From Rhizodiscina lignyota (Eukaryota), in NCBI GenBank assembly GCA_010015805.1, contig ML978128.1, forward strand, positions 1,364,001-1,428,000: 64,000 bases of DNA. The letters are read 5' to 3'. Under the pieces are notes generated by a model. The model searched no databases, was not told the DNA's origin, and saw nothing but the letters and a program-made list of their open reading frames with translations. Below, piece by piece: positions 35,271-48,912 of this stretch. How positions within the stretch are numbered: the first letter of the stretch is position 1; each line of letters starts with the position of its first letter. The position numbers and the translations under genes are program-made.

Positions 35271-35952
35271 TCACCTCCTCCACGCATAATTCCACCCCTC
35301 GCGGCTCGGATACTCTGTCTGCGCCCTCGCATACTCAATCGGCACTCCGCTCCCGCTATTCTTCTCCCCGCTCCATACCCCCCTCTTCATCATCGCTATC
35401 CTGAACAATCTACCCTGATCCTTCCCCCCTTGCCCTATCGCCTCGCTCATCCCGGCCTCGTCCAGATGCCGTAAGGCTTCGCACGCGTCGCGCATGCTGT
35501 TGTACAGGTTCTCCAGGTCCTGCTGCTGCGCGGCGCGCTCCTTGGCGCGGAAGAGGTTCCATGCACGGTGGATGGTCCAGTGTCGCAGGGAGCGGTTGCG
35601 CGAGAAGCGCAGGGGACGGGGGAGGGCTGGGTGGTAGAGGGCGTAGCGGATTAGTTCTGGGGGATGTTAGTGTGTGCTTGGGAGGGGAGATTGCAGGAGG
35701 AGAGCAAGGCAGGGATGGAGTAGCGGAGGGCGGAAAAGGTTTCAGAGGAGGGAGCGGACTTATTCGTGGGTCTGTAGTTGCTTGGTTCTTATTCTTGCGC
35801 TTCTGGAGGGAGGGTGTGGTTGAGAAGGAGGCCGTCTGGATGAAGGATTGAGAGGATGGGAGTAACCTGGAGGGTGACGGAGCTTGCTGTACGTGAAGAC
35901 AAGGAGATGTCCGTGGCCATGATAGCCATCTTGATATTGAATTGCTCGCCAT
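35271..35952 (-). CDS. MRPL28: Mitochondrial large-subunit ribosomal protein mL40 (intron 35657..35759)
   Basis: Presequence with ASFSTT, DPRI|KLIRYAL, PLRFSRNRSLRHWTIHRAW, YNSMRDACEAL, PIEYARAQTEYPSREGWN. Confidence 0.85.
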
Positions 35953-36270
35953 GGTGGATCGAGTACTATTCGGTACGCCAGACGAGAGCTCGATGATAGA
36001 GTTGCGGCTCTTTCTTTCCAAGGCACTAGAGCGGAATAGGATAGCGCTGGCGATAGGGCTGAGAAGCGCGGTAAGCGCTCGGCCAATGAATCATCAGGCA
36101 CAGGAACATGGGGAAGCTCGCGCGCCCGCTTCGACCTGCACCGCTTCAGCTTCGTCATCGCACACACCTCCAATCTTCTTCCGCGTCGTGCATCTCCTCC
36201 GCTCTGCGCTGCATACTCATCGAAGCTTTCTGTTTCCTTCTGTCGCGCAAAATAGCAAGCGCGCCTCAAC

Positions 36271-38124
36271 ATGGAGCACGACAAAGCTATCCTGGAGGCC
36301 TCTGCTCGCCATGCGAAGCCTGAGGGCCAGAGCTTCGAGTACGGGACCGCTGGGGTGAGTTTTCCTGACATCTTGGAATCACTTGCGATCAGTTACTCAC
36401 AATAGCTACAGTTCCGCATGAAAGCGTATTACTACTCCTGGAATCATTCCTCGAGTGAATCACTTACATATGACAGAAATATCCTAGACTCCACCGTCTA
36501 TCGCGTCGGCCTGCTTGCGGCGTTACGTTCGAGAAAGCTGAATGGGCATACAATTGGCGTCATGATCACGGCTAGTCACAATCCACCACAGGATAACGGA
36601 GTCAAGCTTGTGGATCCAATGGTAAGTCTCAAACTCAAGTCGTGCTCCCAGGGATACTCATAGCTAACTTCCGGCCAACAGGGTGAGATGCTCGAGGTTC
36701 GATCTTGCTCCTCTCTCAAATGAGTGAATACCTGCTCGATCATTAATAGATCACAGACCTCCTGGGAAGCCTATGCTACCGAGCTCGCCAATGCCCCCTC
36801 CGATCAAGCCCTCGTTGATGCCTACCACAAGATCGCCGAGTCCCAGAAGATCAAGCTTTCCGCACCTGCGCGTGTCATATTCGCCCGTGACACGCGTGCT
36901 TCCGGTTCCAGACTCGCTGCTAACCTCGTCGACGCCCTCAAAGCTACAGAAGTTGACTACGAGGACTTCAAGCTCCTCACAACCCCACAGCTGCACTACC
37001 TGGTGCGATGCGACAACACAAAGGGCACACAGTACGCATATGGCGATGTCAGCGAGAAAGGTTATTACGAGAAGCTGTCGGATGCGTTCAAGCGTGCTAT
37101 GAAGGGTCCTTCTGCCTCGAATGGCACCTTGACGGTCGACTGCGCGAACGGCGTCGGTGGCCCGAAGCTCAGAGAGTTAATGAAGTATCTTCCCACAGCC
37201 AAGGACGGCGGCATCGACATCAGGGTCGTCAATGACGACGTGCTCAAGCCCGAAATGCTGAACGTGGAATGCGGCGCCGACTTCGTCAAGACTCAGCAGC
37301 GCGCTCCGCCATCTTCTAAGGCCGCTTCTGGCGATCGCTGCGCTAGCTACGACGGTGACGCGGACCGCATCGTCTACTACTTCCTCGAAGGAACCACTTT
37401 CCGCCTACTTGACGGTGACCGCATCGCCACCCTGGCCGCATCCTTCCTCGCCGATCTCGCCCGCACATCTGGCCTTGTGGAGGAGCTAAAGGTGGGTATC
37501 GTTCAGACAGCTTATGCCAACGGCGCGAGTACGAAATATGTTGAGGAGAACCTCAAGATGGAGGTGGTATTCACGCCCACTGGCGTCAAATGGCTGCACC
37601 ACGCTGCCACGCGCTTCGACATCGGCGTGTACTTCGAGGCGAACGGTCACGGCACGGTCCTATTCAGCGACACAGCGCTCAAGGCCATCTCGCAATACCA
37701 ACCGAAGTCCCCCGCTCAAGCTACCGCCCTCGAAACTCTGCGCGCTCTGACAGACCTCATCAACCAGACCGTCGGCGACGCTCTCTCTGATATGCTCCTC
37801 GTCGAAGTCATCCTTGCGCACAAGGGTTGGACACCCAAGGAATGGCTGAACACATACGTCGACCTACCAAATCGCTTGCTCAAGGTCGAAGTGAGGGACC
37901 GCGGCATGTTCAAGACTACCGATGCCGAGAGACGCCTCGAGAGCCCACCGGGCATCCAGGAGAATATCGACAAGCTGGTCGGCCAGTACCGGAACGGCCG
38001 CTCATTCGCACGTGCAAGCGGCACGGAGGATGCGGTGCGCGTGTATGCGGAGGCTGCGAGCCGCACGGAGGCGGATGCACTGGCGCAGAAGGTGGCGGAA
38101 CAAGTAAAGATACACGGCGCCTAA
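36271..38124 (+). CDS. PCM1: Phosphoacetylglucosamine mutase (exons 36271..36354, 36412..36425, 36477..36621, 36682..36696, 36757..38124)
   Basis: YGTAG|FRMKA, MITASHNP (catalytic Ser), DGDADR (metal loop), YFEANGHG, RASGTEDAVRVYAEA. Confidence 0.97.
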
Positions 38125-39032
38125 GGGTCTCGGTGTGGTGTGATGGCAATGGCGTAGACAAAAGTCCGGTGGTACTTTAAATGATGCTTTACACATGGGT
38201 TTCTCTTGCCGTCATGGATTGCGCGGCGAATAGCGGGCATGCTCTGTTGATGATAAGCACGATCTGGGAATAGGAAAAAGCAATGGAATATATCAAACTC
38301 TGGCAAAGTTGAACGCATTCTTGCTGGGCCTCCCGTTATTCTTGAATACATCCTACGTACACATGGTAAGTTCTACTTCGGGAGTTAGAGATTGAGGCTA
38401 CGGCGTGTTTCCCTGCAAAGTGTGGACTTCGTGAAAGGAGAGCATCGAACAGGATGTGCCTCGACGTTGTGGCATCGAATACAGGAAGTGAAGTGCCTTT
38501 TTGATATTTCATCAAAGCCCGGATAGACGGGATGAGTGGAGTCCGCGTGGGATTAAACGCAGACTTCCACTTTCAACTTGTCAAGCTCATCTTTCACATT
38601 TCCCACAAGACTATGCATCAGAGTGGCCCTACAGAAGTCCAATTCTGCTTTTGGACCCGAGCTGACAGGGATTTTAAACTGTGCGCATGATATCTGCAAT
38701 GGGATCCCTTTTCCACGACAACCAGAAGCAAATCTTCTAAGGCAGGCTTAGCAAGCTACTTCCCTGGCAACCTCGATTCTAAACTTACCAACATACAGAA
38801 GCTTCTTAAAAGTGCTGAAGATGGCTGTCATAGAGTTGTTCCATATACTGTTCGCTCGCTAGAAACTAGTTCTTTCGTACACCCTAACAGTGACCCAAGC
38901 AGGTACCTACAGATGCGGCACAGCCCTCATCCTTCAACGAATCCTTCTAGGCACACCACGTTGCAATGGCTTCCTTCAGGTACATGTTTTAGCTTTCTCG
39001 TTCTTGTCTCGCAGGTTCTCTACACTCTTCAC

Positions 39033-41900
39033 ATGTCTTCCAACAGGTTAGCGCATTTTTATTCCTTTGCTCAAAAGCACCCCAGCTGGGGTGGTAAGCA
39101 ATTGCACACAACATGGAAGGACATCCTCGAAGATGGCCACGACCCGAACGAAGATTGGGACTACGGCAGGAGGGGCGATAGAATACGCACCTCACCCTTG
39201 TTCGCAACCGTCTTGGACGACGAGCTCCAGTTGGCAGAGTTGTTATTACAGTATGGCGCCAAAATCGAAACCCGCAACCTGGAAGGCTTTACAGCACTGC
39301 ATGAAGCCATTATACGAAATCGTAAAGACCACGTGCAGCTTTTCCTAGATCATGGAGCGGACCTGGAGACTCAGGTCATATCGGGGCCTCTGGAAGGAGG
39401 TACTGCAGTTCATGTGGCTGTGGCTGAGGGCGTGGTGGATATGATTGGCAACTTTCTACAACGCGGCGCTAATCCACAAGCAAGGACTCGAGTTGGGTGG
39501 ACGGCTGTCGATATCGCGATTCTGGACCGCCAGGAGACGGTGCTCGGAACCCTGTTGAAATATGTTGATGTGTCGACTACACTATCCGATGTCTCCAGTG
39601 GCTTGGAACAAGAGCCTGGGGATTCAGCGGCGCGCGATAATCCATCTGCCATTGCATATCACTTGATTGAACATGGTATTAGTGGCACTGAAAGAAGGCA
39701 CAGAGACCTATACCTGAACTGCTTGACCAAGATCACCCGAGCGCAGTCATTCAGCACTGAGAAGAGCACGGAACTCGCCCGCATATTGATACGCGAGATT
39801 GAAGCTATGCTAATGGAAATTGCTGGGTCACCTGGTGCTCTTACTTGGTCTCGGAATCTGTGCTCACAATGCGAGCGGGTTCAGAGTCAAGATGCTCACA
39901 ATATGTGCAAGGCCTTTGAGCACAGTCCGGACCATTCTGCCCTAACGTCCTCGGCGTCGCGTGGTTGTTCCCTCTGCCTCTTCATTGCCGACTCATTGCG
40001 CCAGCACTGGTGCTTATTGACTCAAATTAGCAAAGAATGGAGAGAAGAGTTTGGCATTAACTCCTCAGTCCGCCTAAGAATTGAGGATGAACGTAAAGGT
40101 TACCCATTCGATAAATATCAAATCATCATGGTATGCGGGGACAAGATCGCATTTATTGATCTGCATCAATTGGGAAGTAAGCATTATTGTATCATATGTC
40201 CCATCACAGTAATAACCTCAATAGAACAGCAAAACGCCACAATTGCTCGGACGAGTCCTTCTGACGCCGAGGGAACTGGCTCGGATCGAAGTCTTGCAGC
40301 TGCAAAAGCTTGGTTGCAGCGATGCCTTGAGGAACATCCATCGTGCCAGCTGGGGCCGATGGGCACGCTTCCAACGAGGGTTATTGAGGTGGGTGACGAA
40401 TCAACATCGCCTTACATTTATATTTCGAAAGGAGAAGAGGCGCGCTATGTCGCCCTATCCTGTTTCTGGGGAGACGATCAGAGCTTCTGCTCTGTCACTT
40501 CGAACATCGACGAGCGGACCAAAGGCATAATGCTCGCGGACATGCCAAAGACTCTTAGGGAGGCTGTCGTGGTGGCCAGAAAGTTTGGTATACAGTACCT
40601 TTGGGTTGGAGCGCTGTGCATCTTACAAGACTCCGAAGAGGACATTAGGCATGAACAAGCTTGCATGGGTGACATCTACGCAAATGCGTTCCTAACGATT
40701 GCGGCGAAATCCTCACCGAGCTGCCACGATGGCCTCTTTCGAAGAAGAAGCTCCAGGACCTCCTGGTTGCCATTAGACTTTCGCCTCCCATCAGGCGCAA
40801 GACCGAAAGAGTCGCAGGAGAATGATCGCGTAGATCATGTCCGCACTTCGAACATCAATAGATTGATGGTTCTGTCGAGCTCTTCTCGGTGGCCTGATGA
40901 TGGTGAAACACCCATTCTAGACACGCGTGCCTGGGCGTTGCAAGAGGAATGCCTTTCCCGACGGACGCTCAGCTTTGAGAAACATGAGTTGAGTTGGAGT
41001 TGCGTAGAATCGACGTGCTCCGAATTTGGGCCAAGCAATGGCGTCGATCACGACAAGTGGCTATATCATGTGAAGCGCGCGCTCGTAACAGGTCTCTCGG
41101 GCCATGGATCTGTACAAGGCGTCGGGATTGAACGTGTTTTTGGCTACTGGCTTGATATTGTGGCAGAGTTCTCTCGGCGCAAGATCTCCAGGCCTGCAGA
41201 TAAGCTCTCCGCCATTGCTGCTTTACAGGCCGCGATTGGCAAGCTTTTGGAGGACGCACCCGTGGCAGGCATGTGGCGGAATCGCTACTTCGTACAGAGC
41301 CTTCTTTGGAAAGTCGACACAAAGGAGACCGAGGACAATGGGATTGCTTGTCGCTGCCCCTCCTGGAGTTGGGCTTCCGTGCCGATGCCAATAACCTATG
41401 TAAAACCGGACCATGGTGAAGTCAATGACATGAAATGGGGCCATGACACGATCTATTTTCCCGAAGTACTCTCCTGGGACGGCATTGTCGGAGACGAGCT
41501 CGATGGTGACATTCACGGCTGGGTCGCTTTACGCTGTAAGTTGTTGCGAGATGATGATTTGGTAAGTGACAAAGAGCCTTTTGTGTAACTGGCGAAGACC
41601 TTACGCGATCTAATTGACTGGTAGAAGCCGAAAGAAAAAGAAGCTCTGCGCTTTGAGACATGGGACGATTCTATAAATGCCGCAACAGATGTTTGGCTTA
41701 TGATCGTTAGAACTTCACAGTTCGTGCCGGCCCTGCGCCACAGAGGCGGGCATACTTACGAGATTGACACGAAGTTCTTGCGTCTGGAACGAATTGCCCC
41801 AGATAGGATGGACTTTAGAAGAATCGGGCTGGCACAAGGCACGTCCAAGGCCGTCAGATGGCATGCGAGAGCTCGAACCGAGGAAATACGGCTTTTCTGA
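39033..41900 (+). CDS. Ankyrin-repeat + HET (heterokaryon incompatibility) domain protein (probable in-frame intron about 40177..40224; intron 41561..41624)
   Basis: About four ankyrin repeats (TSPLF…, GFTALHEA, GGTAVHVA, GWTAVDIA), SRGCSLC, AKAWLQRCLEEHPSC, LPTRVIEV, YVALSCFWG, MPKTLREAV, IYANAFLTIAA, LDTRAWALQE, CPSWSWAS. Confidence 0.9.
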
Positions 41901-41974
41901 GGCATTGATCTGAATAATGAGAGAAGTATCCAAACTCGAACGCCATCGTATGCCACTGAAACAAAGCTTCCCAT

Positions 41975-44900
41975 CTACTTCATGTTCAATGCAAACCCGA
42001 ACAAGTTGTCCATCGCAACCCACTGTCTCCCGTTCTTATCCAAATAAGCTCTCACTACCTCCCTCGCCGTGTCGAACCTCACGCGGTTCAACTCTGCCAG
42101 CACACCCGCCTTCTCCACAGTCTCTTCAACATTGCCTCCAGCATTCTTCCTTGCCCTTTCCTTCGCCTTGCCTACGTCAAACAGACCCTGCAGATACAGC
42201 AGCTGATTGTACATCATCCTCTCCGTGTACTCAAAGTTCATTCTCCCCAAGCATCCTTGTCCCAACCCCTTCGGTCCGAGACAGCGATGCCCGTATACGC
42301 TCATCGTTCGCGTACGGTTCCCGCAAGCTGGGTCGTCGCACGCCAGCCACGCGGCATAGTATCGTGCGGTATGCTGGCGGATCTGGGCCTCCAGCTGCGC
42401 GACGACGCTGAGATTCGAGAGACTCTTGCCGCATTCAGCGCGTGGGCACTTGAAGCCTTCATGGCTGACCACTTCAGGCAGTACCCCAAGGCCTTTGTAC
42501 ACGAAGGAGTGTGTGCAAGAGGGGCAGCGCAGTGAGAGTGGCTTGGCATCCTTGAAGCGGATCTCATCGGGGATCTGGGACTCCAACGGCATGATTTCTG
42601 CTTCCTGTGAAGTGCCATTGCCCGATGACGAGCTCATGCGGTACTTGCTTGTATCTAGACCTAGACACTCTGCCAGACGCGTGATATTCGTGCCGGAGAT
42701 CGGTGCACAGAGACGCTCCACAGGAGGCAGGATCTGTTTGTGCATGTAGTATTCGATATCTGGCTTCAACCCGCTATCCGCCTTCAGCACTTCATCAAGG
42801 GGAAAGGCGTTCGTCGCTGCACTCTCAGCAGAGCCGCTGCTGCTGCCTGTGATGACGAACGACATGACATCTTTGGCCTTGACGTGCTTGCCCTTCGCGA
42901 TCTGTCGAAGCGCGACTTGGACGGATGGCATGGACTTTGCGTTCGGATACTCCTTCGGATCTTTGCCGAGCTGTTGAAAAATTGTGTATTTGTGCACGGG
43001 GACGGAGAAGGAGCGCATGGAGGAGGCTAGTTGGCGGAGGTAGTCGTGGATATTTTCGACAACGGTGTCGGGGTCTTCGCCCGAGAGCAGGAAGGACAGG
43101 AGTTTGCTGTGGCAGGTCAGTATGCTAACACTAATAGTAGAATGAAGCTGTCTTACGAAGATGTCTCTTTGGACAAGGCACAGTATTCTCTTCGGCGCAT
43201 GTCGAGGCCCTTGACTTCTAGCTTTTCGGTCCATTTCCCGTCAACTTCAACCATGTTGATCGCCGCATACTTCTTCTTCGCATGCAGCAGGATTCGGCGG
43301 AAGACGTTGTCGATATCAATCTCAAGGAGTCGATACCGCTCATTGACCGAGCGCTTGAACTCGTTACCGATCTTAAGCGCATCCTGCATGTTGTCCATAT
43401 TCGTGTTGATCATGACGGAGTCAGTGTCTCCATAGATGACGCGAAGGCTTGTGCTCTCAGCAAGCTCCTTGGTGCTGCGTAAAATCTCTCGTCCCTTGTA
43501 GGTGGTGAGCATAGCGAGAGGTCGGGCGTAAAATCGAGATCTGGTATATCCAAGACAGCCATACATGGAGTTGGCTGTGAGCTTCAAGGCCAGCTGTTTG
43601 ATGTCCCAGGTAGCGAGTTGATCTGGATTTGCAGACTTGTCCTTCATGAGCTTCTTGACCTCTCGACGACGGGTGACAAGAGTTGCGATGAGCTTAGGGA
43701 GGATGCCCATGGTTTGTTCGGCTGGCACCTCTGGGACTTTCTCATCTTCCTCGGACTGTTCATAGTCAGTAAACTCTTTCTTGAGCCTCTGTTGCAGATT
43801 TACTTACGATATCTGCTCGATCTACGGTCGTAAAGCAGATGTTGAACTCCTGAATAATGCTGGGGTACAAACTGTTGAAGTCCATGACCAGGATGAACTT
43901 GTCGTACAGTCCCTTCTCGGGTTCGAAGACAAGACCACCTTTGTACTTGTCCTTTTTCTTCGCATCCACCCCTTCTTCCCCTTCAGCGGCCTCGTCGTCT
44001 TTCTTGACATTGCCCTTGCCCCACACCTTGTCCGGGCAGATATACTTGTTACGATGGAACTCGTGCAGCAGAATATACTCGTTACGCTCCGCACGAGTAC
44101 CGCTAAGCGTCCTCGCCCAAGAATTACCGGCAAGATTAGTGAGAACCTTTGTCAGAGGAAGCATCTGGACCTTGATTGCGATGGCTGCGATGAAGAATGT
44201 ATCGGCCTCGCAGTGACGAAGGTAATTCATCAAGCCCTCTCTCGTAGCAGCCCACGTCTTCAGGGCTTGTTCGTTATCGATTTCGGTACGCTTGTTGCCT
44301 TCGCCGAGGACAAGCTCGCACATTTCGTTGAGACTCCATGACTGGCACTTCATCATGAGAGATTTGCCCATGTCGTTGGCTAAATCACAGTGGAGTCGTC
44401 CAGTGGCGAGTTGCCTCTCTGCAATAAAGCTGGCACCGCCTTTACCCATGTTCTTCGGCCATTCACTTCTCTTCAGACGACCAATTCGATGCCACCCAGG
44501 AGTCTTGCGCTCTCGCATGCGGTTCAGTAAAACTGGATAGTCCACATCATCCAAACGGTGGCCCATGAGCACATCAGGATCCATCTTTTGCAGAATAGCC
44601 ATGAACTTGCTCAGAAGAGCCTGTTCATTTCGCTCCATTTCGACACGGCTGTTGTGTTTTCCGAGTTCCATTTTGAAGCCTGTTGGGTAGTCCTTGCCGT
44701 TCGGTCTCATGATAGTAAAAGCTTTACAAGCCATCTTCTCAGGCGGAGTCGTATCGGTTAATGAAACGTTCTCATAGACTCGAGCGCTAACCATGAGGAT
44801 CTCCTGCTTGTTCTCCTTTGCATTGTATGTCATTCTCAGAGCTAAGCTCATGAGCGTCAAAGGGGGAGCCTCCAGATTATCAGAGTCGCCCAATGTCGTG

Positions 44901-46565
44901 ATGAGGCTTGGCTTTGTAACTTGGGCCTCGAGCTTGCACCAAGACGCATTGCTGACAGCCTGGAAATCGGCATCTTCAATCTTCAGCCAGCACGGTCCCA
45001 TAATGTTCTTCCAAAGCACAAACTGCTCAAAAAGAGCGGTATTGGTGCCGAAGACGTGAGAGTACGTCTCGCCAGACATGTGCTCAGTAGGGATCATTGG
45101 CTTGTCGTATGGATACAAGCATTTCATGTAATCTGCCTCCTTCGGTATGTCAGGAAGCTCAAAGGCGTACTTCCTTGAGGATGGCTTGATCTTGTGCGTG
45201 TTGACACGGAATCGAGATAGCAAGGCGTCGACCTCCTGATATACGTCCTCCATGCCGACCTCTTCCGATGTGTCGCGTCCCTTCCGTTGTCGATACTCGC
45301 GAGGAAGGAAGAATAGCTTCCTCAAGATGTTGTCCACCTTCAGGAAGCAACTCGCGTATGTATTAGTGGTCTTGTCCTTCACCTTACCAAAGAGACACAG
45401 ACTCCCATTGACCTCGGTGTAGTCAATCCAGAACATGCGAAGACTGCCGTCCTCCTCCAGGCATGAGCTTGGTGAAAGTTTGCCGATGCTTGTTGTCTCG
45501 GTCGGAGGACTGCTGAGCACGTTGAGCTTGCTAGTGACAGCGTTCCAGGTGGAAGCATCAACAACATCTGCAGGAGGACGGGTTGGAGAAGAGCTGTCCG
45601 GCGTTGGATAATCTGGCTTCTTCATCTTTAGAGAAGGTCGGCTCCCCGCCTTGTTTACGCTAGCAGAACCAAGAGCTTGCCCGGTTACTTGAGCGATTTC
45701 CATTAGATCCTCGTCATCTTCCTCTTCCTTCACAGCTGGCTGCGTCTTGCGTTCGACAGCATTAATCACAGGCGATGACGGTAAGGGGTCGCTCATGGGT
45801 AGGTCGTCGTCCGCCACCATGAACCCTGGATCATCATCCATAGCAGACAGAGTCTGCGACGTCTCTGCGGCAGACTCATCGTTGAAACTCTTCTGGCCAC
45901 GCGTATAGACTGGTCGGTTCTCCGATACAGGTGGTGAAAGAACGCGTGTCTTTCGCCTGAACTCTGACTTGATCGGCTTCATTCGGGTGGGAGCTCGACT
46001 AGGAATATTAACGTCTACTTCTCCGAGAAGCGATTCCATGAAATCTGCATCTTCGGCGGTTGCTACAGGCTATGTGGAAGTTAGAGGCATATGACAACGA
46101 CCACTCATGGAAATATACCTTTGGCTTTGGTGCTGGCGCCGCATTGGTCGGCTTTGAAAAGAACTTGTGGATGCCCTTGTTAATGCGATCGTTCCGTTCG
46201 CGTTCTTCTTCTCGCTTTCGCTTGCCTTTGAACAGTCAGGTTAGCCATTCATGGAGACAATTGGAGCATTAAAGTGGCCTACCAGCTTTGCCGCGCGCCG
46301 TATAATCCTCTTCTTCGCTTTCCGTCTCATAGTACTTCTCGCGGCCTGTCTCCCAATCTTCTCGACCGTCATCTGCATATCCAGCACCATTATCGTCGAC
46401 AACGAAATCGTCTTCATCAAGTCGTTTGCGGACGAGCTTCTTGTATCCCTCATCGTCGACTTCGTCGTAGATGCGCTCCTCTTCTTGGACCTCGTACGTG
46501 TCGAAACGCGTCTTCCCCGCAGCGCGTAGTGCGCGGAATTCTTCCACAGCGCTCCTTTTCGGCAT
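41975..46565 (-). CDS. POL1: DNA polymerase alpha catalytic subunit (about 5 exons)
   Basis: N-terminal [17 protein letters not shown]-family motifs [23 protein letters not shown] and KKKYA; two C-terminal Cys4 clusters. Confidence 0.98.
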
Positions 46566-46704
46566 TTTTGTCAATTGCTGACCGTAAAGAAGATGTTGAA
46601 TTGTGAAATGATATATCGTTGAAGGTTACTACTAGTGCATTGTGAGCGAAGGTTACAATGTTGTAAGAAGAAAGTGGATGGTACTCGCGAGGCGTGCTGG
46701 GAGA

Positions 46705-46761
46705 ACGCGACTTCGGCAGCGCGACGCGTTGGGACAGGGGTATTGCACTAGTGCGACGCGA
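46705..46761. promoter_or_regulatory. Cluster of MCB (MluI cell-cycle box) elements upstream of POL1
   Basis: ACGCGA at 46705, ACGCGT at 46724 and ACGCGA at 46756, 140-200 bp upstream of the POL1 ATG. MBF control of replication genes is established in ascomycetes. Confidence 0.75.
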
Positions 46762-48357
46762 AGGCCACTTAAAGCCCTCGCCCTTGTCATGTCTGGCACC
46801 CCAACCCCTCGCGTAGTCCTCTCTTCCAAAGTCCCATTTATTTGTACTATGTACGGAGTATGTATTCTGCGATCGTCGGAAATTCTAACAATATTCGGAA
46901 TTTCAGCCGTACTACATAAAGTGAGCTGGAGATGGAAAGATACATTCCAGTCTCTTCACAGCTTTCAGTTCTTCCACGACGACCTGGTAGTTTCGGGACT
47001 ACAGCAGAAGAGTAGATTCCGAAGGCCTATGTAGTCTGAGGCGCCCCTCTCGCTGAATCTACGACTCGTACTATCTTCCCACTCATAGAAGTTGTGGATG
47101 CAACCACCTTGGTGGCACTCATCGTTGGCTAGCAGCAGGTGGCTGATTTCTCTTCAACTGCCACACGATTTCACATATCTACTTCGCTTTCGTATCTGGT
47201 TTGCTATCTGTAACCTCCTAGGCATAGCTACGATTGAACGGCCCCAAGTTGAATGCTGAACCTCAGCCTCTCTTCTGTCTTGGTTAGCAAGGCCTCTAAG
47301 GCAGCTTTACGAGAACCTTCGCTACAGTGCCCATCATGCCACGACGGATGTCCTTCTGGATGATACTTGCAGGATTAGACTGTGAAGCTAAGTGTAGTAC
47401 AATCATTGCACCCTGAAAGCAAAGATCTTGTCCATTGCTGTCTAGCTGCTCCAACGCCGGATACCGAGCCTCATCGCTTTGTGCTTGAAAGTCACCTGCG
47501 AAGTGCTTGAGCTCCTTAGAAGCGCTGGATCGAGAGATTCTGTAATTGGATTTAAGATCAAGCCGTGGTTGTAGATCGTTGTATATCACACGATGGAAGT
47601 TAAAATAAGACTCTGTGTGGAATGTTCGTGGGTGCGGTACGTTGGGTAGTCAGAGTCAGAGTAGATGATGTGCCCTCAAGAGGGTTTGGCACAAAAAAGT
47701 ATAAAGGAACAGGTTTCTAAACGTTTGCATTGGCTACCCCATCTATCAGTAGCTACAAACACAGCAACAAACTTTTTGCTCTTCAACCACCGCCTCCCAA
47801 TGCGCCCGAACTAGCCAGGCGCTGTGCATGCATTTGATCCCCTGGCCGCACCGGCAGCAACCAAACCAGAGGGGATTATCATACATTATCGAATAAAAAC
47901 TAGTGTAAAGGCGGTAAACAGTACATAATAAGGAGTGACTTGGAGTAAGCACGGGAGACCCAAAAAAGTGTAAGGTGTCCCATGTGCGTGAACGAAAACC
48001 AGCGCCCCATAGCAAATGCGACAGAGGTTGTACAAGTGTCGCATCTCGAGGGCTTCGTGAGGTGATGTATGCTGGTGAAGAAAAAGAGTAGTTGAATCAA
48101 GAGAAGAGCCAGGCCGAAGCCGAGCCGAGAATGTGTACAGAAAAGGCAATTATCGACAAGCAACGCTAATTCGACGGCGTCGTGAACTCGACTCTGGGCA
48201 TCGTCACAGAGCCAGACTAAGATGCGCTCTTCGGGGATTGTAGAGTGAGCAAGGTAGAGTCAGGGTAGAAGATTCGTTGAACGGGTCGTGACAAGGATTG
48301 GAGAGATTCGGTCAGCCGCGGGATATGTTTCGAAACGGCGTTTCAAGGCGAGTGATG

Positions 48358-48912
48358 TCACCTCATATCCTTCTCTTTCAAACCTCCGATTCGATCGAGA
48401 TCCAAGGAGTGGAAGCGGTCGGAGTCACTCTCTTGGTATGGTGGAAGGGTTTCATTGACGGGCTCGAGGCCAACGCTGTGTTCGCCGACGCGGACTACGA
48501 CGACACGGCCAGATTGCCTCTTGCCTTGATCATCCACTTCTTCGGGGAATGTAATGCGAATTTCGGGAATTGGACTCGATGGAGGCGAATGGGAGTTCGC
48601 CATGAGGTTTTCCTTTTCCTGGATGACGAAAACAGACTCGCGGTTGTTGCTTGCAGTAGTGGTGATCGTGAGGCGGCGGTGGTTTGAGGATCGCTGGTGG
48701 CCGCGCTCGTTGTAGATTGGAAGCTCCGACACCAACTGATTGCGCCTGGCATTTCTCTTGCGCAATTGTCGGAGGACGTATAGGCAGGCGGCTAGGCCCA
48801 TGGCAGCGAAACCCAGAACAATGAGCGCAATGAGCAGATTGCGCATCATCGGGTTCATAGTCTCTGATGAGGAGTAGTCATCGCGGACAACTAATACTCG
48901 ACTCGAGTCCAT
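48358..48912 (-). CDS. Conserved fungal single-pass membrane protein of unknown function
   Basis: 184-aa ORF with one hydrophobic helix (LLIALIVLGFAAMGLAACLYVL) followed by basic residues; PIPEIRITFPEE, GRVVVVRVGE and LPPY…FHSLDLDRIGGLKEK blocks. Confidence 0.85.
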   Translation of the reverse strand: MDSSRVLVVRDDYSSSETMNPMMRNLLIALIVLGFAAMGLAACLYVLRQLRKRNARRNQLVSELPIYNERGHQRSSNHRRLTITTTASNNRESVFVIQEKENLMANSHSPPSSPIPEIRITFPEEVDDQGKRQSGRVVVVRVGEHSVGLEPVNETLPPYQESDSDRFHSLDLDRIGGLKEKDMR

